From Eledone cirrhosa (taxonomy: Eukaryota), in assembly GCA_964016885.1 (NCBI GenBank), contig OZ024741.1, forward strand, positions 244,590,001 through 244,654,000: a stretch of DNA of 64,000 nucleotides, written 5' to 3'. Position 1 is the stretch's first letter. Each line of letters opens with the position of its first letter. Below, piece by piece: positions 1 to 10,655 of this stretch. A program made the translations under genes and the position numbers. The notes under the pieces are model-generated. The model was given only the letters and a program-made list of their open reading frames with translations. It ran no database searches and was not told the origin of the DNA.

Positions 1-70
1 TTGTTGACGTTTAACACGGTTTGGTTCCACAGCCACAACTATTGATTTTACGGAGATATCTTGCTGAAAT

Positions 71-297
71 TCACGCCACACATAGCCAATGAGTGTCTGC
101 ACATGTACCAGTAATTACAGATCGATCGGACCACGGGCGGCCGGTTTGCGATTGAAAAGGTAACTCCGCCGGCAAATCGTCATTTTTGGATTCGTTTTCT
201 TCGAAGCACACCATTCGCCGGCGGACTTTGTTGACGTTTAACACGGTTTGGTTCCACAGCCACAACTATTGATTTTACGGAGATATCTTGCTGAAAT
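71..297. repeat. Variant long monomer E (227 bp), representative copy
   Basis: Diagnostic ggccggtttgcgattg with a catagccaatgag head. Copies start at 71, 15608, 20168, 25966, 29907, 32610, 34694, 37397, 40100, 44660 and 51077. Versions with a C-type head start at 56225 and 60754. Confidence 0.93.
162..228. repeat. Imperfect 16-bp inverted repeat with 35-bp spacer (representative; a version is present in each monomer)
   Basis: Left arm aactccgccggcaaat (162-177). Right arm attcgccggcggactt (213-228), whose reverse complement aagtccgccggcgaat matches the left arm at 14/16. Confidence 0.85.
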
Positions 298-1112
298 TCA
301 CGCCACACATACCCAATGAGTGTCTGCACATGTACCAGTAATTACAGATCGATCCGCCCACGGGTGGCCGGCCCACGATCTAAAATGTAACTCCGCCGGC
401 AAATCCGCATTTTTGTGATTAGTTTCTTCGAAGCACACCATTCGCCGCCGGACTTGAGCTTCCTCATTTAGCATGGGCAGCTTTTCTTGAAAATCACACC
501 ACACTCAGCAAATGTGTGTCTGCACATGTACCAGTAATTACAGATCGATCCGCCCACGGGTGGCCGGCCCACGATCTAAAATGTAACTCCGCCGGCAAAT
601 CCGCATTTTTGTGATTAGTTTCTTCGAAGCACACCACTCGCCGCCGGACTTGAGCTTCCTCATTTAGCATGGGCAGCTTTTCTTGAAAATCACACCACAC
701 TCAGCAAATGTGTGTCTGCACATGTACCAGTAATTACAGATCGATCGGACCACGGGCGGCCGGCTCACGATCGAAAAGGTAACTCCGCCGGCAAATCCGC
801 ATTTTTGTGATTCGTTTCTTCGAAGCACACCATTTGCCGCCGGACTTCAGCTTCCTCATTTAGCATGGGCAGCTTTTCTTGCAAATCACACTACACACAG
901 CAAATCTGTGTCTGCACATGTACCAGTAACTACAGATCGATCCGACCACGGGCGGCCGGCCCACGATCGAAAAGGTAACTCCGCCGGCAAATCGTCATTT
1001 TTGGATTCGTTTTCTTCGAAGCACACCATTCGCCGGCGGACTTTGTTGACGTTTAACACGGTTTGGTTCCACAGCCACAACTATTGATTTTACGGAGATA
1101 TCTTGCTGGAAT

Positions 1113-1308
1113 TCACGCCACACATACCCAATGAGTGTCTGCACATGTACCAGTAATTACAGATCGATCCGCCCACGGGTGGCCGGCCCACGATCTAAAA
1201 TGTAACTCCGCCGGCAAATCCGCATTTTTGTGATTAGTTTCTTCGAAGCACACCATTCGCCGCCGGACTTGAGCTTCCTCATTTAGCATGGGCAGCTTTT
1301 CTTGAAAA
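1113..1308. repeat. Short monomer A (196 bp), representative copy
   Basis: Diagnostic catacccaatgag, gatccgcccacgggtgg, gatctaaaatgt and gtgattagt. Tail gagcttcctcatttagcatgggcagcttttcttgaaaa. Confidence 0.95.
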
Positions 1309-1504
1309 TCACACCACACTCAGCAAATGTGTGTCTGCACATGTACCAGTAATTACAGATCGATCGGACCACGGGCGGCCGGCTCACGATCGAAAAGGTA
1401 ACTCCGCCGGCAAATCCGCATTTTTGTGATTCGTTTCTTCGAAGCACACCATTCGCCGCCGGACTTCAGCTTCCTCATTTAGCATGGGCAGCTTTTCTTG
1501 CAAA
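1309..1504. repeat. Short monomer B (196 bp), representative copy
   Basis: Diagnostic cactcagcaaatgtg, gatcggacc and ccggctcacg. Tail cagcttcctc...ttcttgcaaa. Confidence 0.95.
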
Positions 1505-1731
1505 TCACACTACACACAGCAAATCTGTGTCTGCACATGTACCAGTAACTACAGATCGATCCGACCACGGGCGGCCGGCCCACGATCGAAAAGGTAACTC
1601 CGCCGGCAAATCGTCATTTTTGGATTCGTTTTCTTCGAAGCACACCATTCGCCGGCGGACTTTGTTGACGTTTAACACGGTTTGGTTCCACAGCCACAAC
1701 TATTGATTTTACGGAGATATCTTGCTGGAAT
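1505..1731. repeat. Long monomer C (227 bp), representative copy
   Basis: Diagnostic tcacactacacacagc, gtaactac and aaatcgtcatttttggattcgttttc. 69-bp tail tgttgacgtttaacacggtttggttccacagccacaactattgattttacggagatatcttgctg(a/g)aat. Confidence 0.95.
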
Positions 1732-3815
1732 TCACGCCACACATACCCAATGAGTGTCTGCACATGTACCAGTAATTACAGATCGATCCGCCCACGGGTG
1801 GCCGGCCCACGATCTAAAATGTAACTCCGCCGGCAAATCCGCATTTTTGTGATTAGTTTCTTCGAAGCACACCATTCGCCGCCGGACTTGAGCTTCCTCA
1901 TTTAGCATGGGCAGCTTTTCTTGAAAATCACACCACACTCAGCAAATGTGTGTCTGCACATGTACCAGTAATTACAGATCGATCGGACCACGGGCGGCCG
2001 GCTCACGATCGAAAAGGTAACTCCGCCGGCAAATCCGCATTTTTGTGATTCGTTTCTTCGAAGCACACCATTCGCCGCCGGACTTCAGCTTCCTCATTTA
2101 GCATGGGCAGCTTTTCTTGCAAATCACACTACACACAGCAAATCTGTGTCTGCACATGTACCAGTAACTACAGATCGATCCGACCACGGGCGGCCGGCCC
2201 ACGATCGAAAAGGTAACTCCGCCGGCAAATCGTCATTTTTGGATTCGTTTTCTTCGAAGCACACCATTCGCCGGCGGACTTTGTTGACGTTTAACACGGT
2301 TTGGTTCCACAGCCACAAGTATTGATTTTACGGAGATATCTTGCTGAAATTCACGCCACACATACCCAATGAGTGTCTGCACATGTACCAGTAATTACAG
2401 ATCGATCCGCCCACGGGTGGCCGGCCCACGATCTAAAATGTAACTCCGCCGGCAAATCCGCATTTTTGTGATTAGTTTCTTCGAAGCACACCACTCGCCG
2501 CCGGACTTGAGCTTCCTCATTTAGCATGGGCAGCTTTTCTTGAAAATCACACCACACTCAGCAAATGTGTGTCTGCACATGTACCAGTAATTACAGATCG
2601 ATCGGACCACGGGCGGCCGGCTCACGATCGAAAAGGTAACTCCGCCGGCAAATCCGCATTTTTGTGATTCGTTTCTTCGAAGCACACCATTTGCCGCCGG
2701 ACTTCAGCTTCCTCATTTAGCATGGGCAGCTTTTCTTGCAAATCACACTACACACAGCAAATCTGTGTCTGCACATGTACCAGTAACTACAGATCGATCC
2801 GACCACGGGCGGCCGGCCCACGATCGAAAAGGTAACTCCGCCGGCAAATCGTCATTTTTGGATTCGTTTTCTTCGAAGCACACCATTCGCCGGCGGACTT
2901 TGTTGACGTTTAACACGGTTTGGTTCCACAGCCACAACTATTGATTTTACGGAGATATCTTGCTGGAATTCACGCCACACATACCCAATGAGTGTCTGCA
3001 CATGTACCAGTAATTACAGATCGATCCGCCCACGGGTGGCCGGCCCACGATCTAAAATGTAACTCCGCCGGCAAATCCGCATTTTTGTGATTAGTTTCTT
3101 CGAAGCACACCATTCGCCGCCGGACTTGAGCTTCCTCATTTAGCATGGGCAGCTTTTCTTGAAAATCACACCACACTCAGCAAATGTGTGTCTGCACATG
3201 TACCAGTAATTACAGATCGATCGGACCACGGGCGGCCGGCTCACGATCGAAAAGGTAACTCCGCCGGCAAATCCGCATTTTTGTGATTCGTTTCTTCGAA
3301 GCACACCATTCGCCGCCGGACTTCAGCTTCCTCATTTAGCATGGGCAGCTTTTCTTGCAAATCACACTACACACAGCAAATCTGTGTCTGCACATGTACC
3401 AGTAACTACAGATCGATCCGACCACGGGCGGCCGGCCCACGATCGAAAAGGTAACTCCGCCGGCAAATCGTCATTTTTGGATTCGTTTTCTTCGAAGCAC
3501 ACCATTCGCCGGCGGACTTTGTTGACGTTTAACACGGTTTGGTTCCACAGCCACAACTATTGATTTTACGGAGATATCTTGCTGAAATTCACGCCACACA
3601 TAGCCAATGATTGTCTGCACATGTACCAGTAATTACAGATCGATCCGACCACGGGCGGCCGGCCCGCGATTGAAAAGGTAGCTCCGCCAGCAAATCGTCA
3701 TTTTTTGATTCGTTTTCTTCGAAGCACACCATTCGCCGGCGGACTTTGTTGACGTTTAACACGGTTTGGTTCCACAGCCACAACTATTGATTTTACGGAG
3801 ATATCTTGCTGAAAT

Positions 3816-4826
3816 TCACGCCACACATAGCCAATGATTGTCTGCACATGTACCAGTAATTACAGATCGATCCGACCACGGGTGGCCGGCCCGCGATTGA
3901 AAAGGTAACTCCGCCAGCAAATCGTCATTTTTGGATTCGTTTTCTTCGAAGCACACCATTCGCCGGCGGACTTTGTTGACGTTTAACACGGTTTGGTTCC
4001 ACAGCCACAACTATTGATTTTACGGAGATATCTTGCTGAAATTCACGCCACACATACCCAATGAGTGTCTGCACATGTACCAGTAATTACAGATCGATCC
4101 GCCCACGGGTGGCCGGCCCACGATCTAAAATGTAACTCCGCCGGCAAATCCGCATTTTTGTGATTAGTTTCTTCGAAGCACACCATTCGCCGCCGGACTT
4201 GAGCTTCCTCATTTAGCATGGGCAGCTTTTCTTGAAAATCACACCACACTCAGCAAATGTGTGTCTGCACATGTACCAGTAACTACAGATCGATCCGACC
4301 ACGGGCGGCCTGCCCACGATCGAAAAGGTAACTCCGCAGGCAAATTCGCACTTTTGTGATTCGTTTCTTCGAAGCACACCATTCGCTGGTGGTCTTCAGC
4401 TTCCTCATTTAGCATGGGCAGCTTTTCTTGAAAATCACACCACACTCAGCAAATCTGTGTCTGCACATGTACCAGTAATTACAGATCGATCCGACCACGG
4501 GTGGCCGGCCCGCGATTGAAAAGGTAACTCCGCCAGCAAATCGTCATTTTTGGATTCGTTTTCTTCGAAGCACACCATTCGCCGCCGGACTTGAGCTTCC
4601 TCATTTAGCATGGGCAGCTTTTCTTGAAAATCACACCACACTCAGCAAATGTGTGTCTGCACATGTACCAGTAATTACAGATCGATCGGACCACGGGCGG
4701 CCGGCTCACGATCGAAAAGGTAACTCCGCCGGCAAATCCGCATTTTTGTGATTCGTTTCTTCGAAGCACACCATTCGCCGCCGGACTTCAGCTTCCTCAT
4801 TTAGCATGGGCAGCTTTTCTTGCAAA
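3816..4826. repeat. Recurrent F-A-D-G-B monomer cassette (1011 bp), first copy
   Basis: F (227 bp; gccaatgattgt), A, D (ggcctgccc, ccgcaggcaaattcgcac, gctggtggtc), G (F-like body with short tail), B. D starts at 4239, 6715, 8995, 11698, 14174, 18734, 24532, 55441 and 59970, always in this context. Confidence 0.92.
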
Positions 4827-5694
4827 TCACACTACACACAGCAAATCTGTGTCTGCACATGTACCAGTAACTACAGATCGATCCGACCACGGGCGGCCGG
4901 CCCACGATCGAAAAGGTAACTCCGCCGGCAAATCGTCATTTTTGGATTCGTTTTCTTCGAAGCACACCATTCGCCGGCGGACTTTGTTGACGTTTAACAC
5001 GGTTTGGTTCCACAGCCACAAGTATTGATTTTACGGAGATATCTTGCTGAAATTCACGCCACACATACCCAATGAGTGTCTGCACATGTACCAGTAATTA
5101 CAGATCGATCCGCCCACGGGTGGCCGGCCCACGATCTAAAATGTAACTCCGCCGGCAAATCCGCATTTTTGTGATTAGTTTCTTCGAAGCACACCACTCG
5201 CCGCCGGACTTGAGCTTCCTCATTTAGCATGGGCAGCTTTTCTTGAAAATCACACCACACTCAGCAAATGTGTGTCTGCACATGTACCAGTAATTACAGA
5301 TCGATCGGACCACGGGCGGCCGGCTCACGATCGAAAAGGTAACTCCGCCGGCAAATCCGCATTTTTGTGATTCGTTTCTTCGAAGCACACCATTTGCCGC
5401 CGGACTTCAGCTTCCTCATTTAGCATGGGCAGCTTTTCTTGCAAATCACACTACACACAGCAAATCTGTGTCTGCACATGTACCAGTAACTACAGATCGA
5501 TCCGACCACGGGCGGCCGGCCCACGATCGAAAAGGTAACTCCGCCGGCAAATCGTCATTTTTGGATTCGTTTTCTTCGAAGCACACCATTCGCCGGCGGA
5601 CTTTGTTGACGTTTAACACGGTTTGGTTCCACAGCCACAACTATTGATTTTACGGAGATATCTTGCTGGAATTCACGCCACACATACCCAATGA

Positions 5695-8600
5695 GTGTCT
5701 GCACATGTACCAGTAATTACAGATCGATCCGCCCACGGGTGGCCGGCCCACGATCTAAAATGTAACTCCGCCGGCAAATCCGCATTTTTGTGATTAGTTT
5801 CTTCGAAGCACACCATTCGCCGCCGGACTTGAGCTTCCTCATTTAGCATGGGCAGCTTTTCTTGAAAATCACACCACACTCAGCAAATGTGTGTCTGCAC
5901 ATGTACCAGTAATTACAGATCGATCGGACCACGGGCGGCCGGCTCACGATCAAAAAGGTAACTCCGCCGGCAAATCCGCATTTTTGTGATTCGTTTCTTC
6001 GAAGCACACCATTCGCCGCCGGACTTCAGCTTCCTCATTTAGCATGGGCAGCTTTTCTTGCAAATCACACTACACACAGCAAATCTGTGTCTGCACATGT
6101 ACCAGTAACTACAGATCGATCCGACCACGGGCGGCCGGCCCGCGATTGAAAAGGTAACTCCGCCAGCAAATCGTCATTTTTTTATTCGTTTTCTTCGAAG
6201 CACACCATTCGCCGGCGGACTTTGTTGACGTTTAACACGGTTTGGTTCCACAGCAACAACTATTGATTTTACGGAGATATCTTGCTGAAATTCACGCCAC
6301 ACATAGCCAATGATTGTCTGCACATGTACCAGTAATTACAGATCGATCCGACCACGGGTGGCCGGCCCGCGATTGAAAAGGTAACTCCGCCAGCAAATCG
6401 TCATTTTTGGATTCGTTTTCTTCGAAGCACACCATTCGCCAGCGGACTTTGTTGACGTTTAACACGGTTTGGTTCCACAGCCACAACTATTGATTTTACG
6501 GAGATATCTTGCTGAAATTCACGCCACACATACCCAATGAGTGTCTGCACATGTACCAGTAATTACAGATCGATCCGCCCACGGGTGGCCGGCCCACGAT
6601 CTAAAATGTAACTCCGCCGGCAAATCCGCATTTTTGTGATTAGTTTCTTCGAAGCACACCATTCGCCGCCGGACTTGAGCTTCCTCATTTAGCATGGGCA
6701 GCTTTTCTTGAAAATCACACCACACTCAGCAAATGTGTGTCTGCACATGTACCAGTAACTACAGATCGATCCGACCACGGGCGGCCTGCCCACGATCGAA
6801 AAGGTAACTCCGCAGGCAAATTCGCACTTTTGTGATTCGTTTCTTCGAAGCACACCATTCGCTGGTGGTCTTCAGCTTCCTCATTTAGCATGGGCAGCTT
6901 TTCTTGAAAATCACACCACACTCAGCAAATCTGTGTCTGCACATGTACCAGTAATTACAGATCGATCCGACCACGGGTGGCCGGCCCGCGATTGAAAAGG
7001 TAACTCCGCCAGCAAATCGTCATTTTTGGATTCGTTTTCTTCGAAGCACACCATTCGCCGCCGGACTTGAGCTTCCTCATTTAGCATGGGCAGCTTTTCT
7101 TGAAAATCACACCACACTCAGCAAATGTGTGTCTGCACATGTACCAGTAATTACAGATCGATCGGACCACGGGCGGCCGGCTCACGATCGAAAAGGTAAC
7201 TCCGCCGGCAAATCCGCATTTTTGTGATTCGTTTCTTCGAAGCACACCATTCGCCGCCGGACTTCAGCTTCCTCATTTAGCATGGGCAGCTTTTCTTGCA
7301 AATCACACTACACACAGCAAATCTGTGTCTGCACATGTACCAGTAACTACAGATCGATCCGACCACGGGCGGCCGGCCCACGATCGAAAAGGTAACTCCG
7401 CCGGCAAATCGTCATTTTTGGATTCGTTTTCTTCGAAGCACACCATTCGCCGGCGGACTTTGTTGACGTTTAACACGGTTTGGTTCCACAGCCACAACTA
7501 TTGATTTTACGGAGATATCTTGCTGAAATTCACGCCACACATACCCAATGAGTGTCTGCACATGTACCAGTAACTACAGATCGATCCGACCACGGGCGGC
7601 CGGCCCACGATCGAAAAGGTAACTCCGCCGGCAAATCGTCATTTTTGGATTCGTTTTCTTCGAAGCACACCATTCGCCGGCGGACTTTGTTGACGTTTAA
7701 CACGGTTTGGTTCCACAGCCACAAGTATTGATTTTACGGAGATATCTTGCTGAAATTCACGCCACACATACCCAATGAGTGTCTGCACATGTACCAGTAA
7801 TTACAGATCGATCCGCCCACGGGTGGCCGGCCCACGATCTAAAATGTAACTCCGCCGGCAAATCCGCATTTTTGTGATTAGTTTCTTCGAAGCACACCAC
7901 TCGCCGCCGGACTTGAGCTTCCTCATTTAGCATGGGCAGCTTTTCTTGAAAATCACACCACACTCAGCAAATGTGTGTCTGCACATGTACCAGTAATTAC
8001 AGATCGATCCGCCCACGGGTGGCCGGCCCACGATCTAAAATGTAACTCCGCCGGCAAATCCGCATTTTTGTGATTAGTTTCTTCGAAGCACACCATTCGC
8101 CGCCGGACTTGAGCTTCCTCATTTAGCATGGGCAGCTTTTCTTGAAAATCACACCACACTCAGCAAATGTGTGTCTGCACATGTACCAGTAATTACAGAT
8201 CGATCGGACCACGGGCGGCCGGCTCACGATCAAAAAGGTAACTCCGCCGGCAAATCCGCATTTTTGTGATTCGTTTCTTCGAAGCACACCATTCGCCGCC
8301 GGACTTCAGCTTCCTCATTTAGCATGGGCAGCTTTTCTTGCAAATCACACTACACACAGCAAATCTGTGTCTGCACATGTACCAGTAACTACAGATCGAT
8401 CCGACCACGGGCGGCCGGCCCGCGATTGAAAAGGTAACTCCGCCAGCAAATCGTCATTTTTTTATTCGTTTTCTTCGAAGCACACCATTCGCCGGCGGAC
8501 TTTGTTGACGTTTAACACGGTTTGGTTCCACAGCAACAACTATTGATTTTACGGAGATATCTTGCTGAAATTCACGCCACACATAGCCAATGATTGTCTG

Positions 8601-10289
8601 CACATGTACCAGTAATTACAGATCGATCCGACCACGGGTGGCCGGCCCGCGATTGAAAAGGTAACTCCGCCAGCAAATCGTCATTTTTGGATTCGTTTTC
8701 TTCGAAGCACACCATTCGCCAGCGGACTTTGTTGACGTTTAACACGGTTTGGTTCCACAGCCACAACTATTGATTTTACGGAGATATCTTGCTGAAATTC
8801 ACGCCACACATACCCAATGAGTGTCTGCACATGTACCAGTAATTACAGATCGATCCGCCCACGGGTGGCCGGCCCACGATCTAAAATGTAACTCCGCCGG
8901 CAAATCCGCATTTTTGTGATTAGTTTCTTCGAAGCACACCATTCGCCGCCGGACTTGAGCTTCCTCATTTAGCATGGGCAGCTTTTCTTGAAAATCACAC
9001 CACACTCAGCAAATGTGTGTCTGCACATGTACCAGTAACTACAGATCGATCCGACCACGGGCGGCCTGCCCACGATCGAAAAGGTAACTCCGCAGGCAAA
9101 TTCGCACTTTTGTGATTCGTTTCTTCGAAGCACACCATTCGCTGGTGGTCTTCAGCTTCCTCATTTAGCATGGGCAGCTTTTCTTGAAAATCACACCACA
9201 CTCAGCAAATCTGTGTCTGCACATGTACCAGTAATTACAGATCGATCCGACCACGGGTGGCCGGCCCGCGATTGAAAAGGTAACTCCGCCAGCAAATCGT
9301 CATTTTTGGATTCGTTTTCTTCGAAGCACACCATTCGCCGCCGGACTTGAGCTTCCTCATTTAGCATGGGCAGCTTTTCTTGAAAATCACACCACACTCA
9401 GCAAATGTGTGTCTGCACATGTACCAGTAATTACAGATCGATCGGACCACGGGCGGCCGGCTCACGATCGAAAAGGTAACTCCGCCGGCAAATCCGCATT
9501 TTTGTGATTCGTTTCTTCGAAGCACACCATTCGCCGCCGGACTTCAGCTTCCTCATTTAGCATGGGCAGCTTTTCTTGCAAATCACACTACACACAGCAA
9601 ATCTGTGTCTGCACATGTACCAGTAACTACAGATCGATCCGACCACGGGCGGCCGGCCCACGATCGAAAAGGTAACTCCGCCGGCAAATCGTCATTTTTG
9701 GATTCGTTTTCTTCGAAGCACACCATTCGCCGGCGGACTTTGTTGACGTTTAACACGGTTTGGTTCCACAGCCACAACTATTGATTTTACGGAGATATCT
9801 TGCTGAAATTCACGCCACACATACCCAATGAGTGTCTGCACATGTACCAGTAACTACAGATCGATCCGACCACGGGCGGCCGGCCCACGATCGAAAAGGT
9901 AACTCCGCCGGCAAATCGTCATTTTTGGATTCGTTTTCTTCGAAGCACACCATTCGCCGGCGGACTTTGTTGACGTTTAACACGGTTTGGTTCCACAGCC
10001 ACAAGTATTGATTTTACGGAGATATCTTGCTGAAATTCACGCCACACATACCCAATGAGTGTCTGCACATGTACCAGTAATTACAGATCGATCCGCCCAC
10101 GGGTGGCCGGCCCACGATCTAAAATGTAACTCCGCCGGCAAATCCGCATTTTTGTGATTAGTTTCTTCGAAGCACACCACTCGCCGCCGGACTTGAGCTT
10201 CCTCATTTAGCATGGGCAGCTTTTCTTGAAAATCACACCACACTCAGCAAATGTGTGTCTGCACATGTACCAGTAATTACAGATCGATC
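5695..10289. repeat. Tandem duplication, period 2280 bp (11 monomers)
   Basis: Printed lines 5701-7980 match 7981-10260. Private markers gatcaaaaagg (~5950, ~8230) and cagcaacaac (~6251, ~8531). 2280=7x196+4x227. Confidence 0.9.
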
Positions 10290-10655
10290 GGACCACGGGC
10301 GGCCGGCTCACGATCGAAAAGGTAACTCCGCCGGCAAATCCGCATTTTTGTGATTCGTTTCTTCGAAGCACACCATTTGCCGCCGGACTTCAGCTTCCTC
10401 ATTTAGCATGGGCAGCTTTTCTTGCAAATCACACTACACACAGCAAATCTGTGTCTGCACATGTACCAGTAACTACAGATCGATCCGACCACGGGCGGCC
10501 GGCCCACGATCGAAAAGGTAACTCCGCCGGCAAATCGTCATTTTTGGATTCGTTTTCTTCGAAGCACACCATTCGCCGGCGGACTTTGTTGACGTTTAAC
10601 ACGGTTTGGTTCCACAGCCACAACTATTGATTTTACGGAGATATCTTGCTGGAAT

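Larger units (their letters stand above)
1113..1731. repeat. Basic 619-bp higher-order repeat: trimer A-B-C (representative copy)
   Basis: A 1113-1308, B 1309-1504, C 1505-1731. A recurs at 1732, 2351 and 2970 (period 619=196+196+227). Confidence 0.97.

Noticed and set aside
190-218. CENP-B-box-like motif (attcgttttcttcgaag; cttcgaagcacaccatt)
   Set aside because: Each matches only 6 of the 9 essential positions of NTTCGNNNNANNCGGGN and lacks CGGG.
245-265. tRNA/SINE or Pol III B-box-like ggttccacagcc in the long tail
   Set aside because: Does not fit GTTCRANNC, and I see no A box or cloverleaf.
298-493. Identity with known satellites of similar size (Trypanosoma cruzi 195-bp satellite, alpha satellite, Arabidopsis CEN178)
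   Set aside because: Only the length is similar. I see no sequence resemblance to those consensus sequences as I recall them, and no database search was possible.
1113-1731. Satellite-encoded hammerhead ribozyme (as in newt, schistosome and cricket satellites)
   Set aside because: I found no CUGANGA core on either strand; the nearest are ctgaaat, ctgagtg and ctgaagt. An Infernal/Rfam scan would be definitive.
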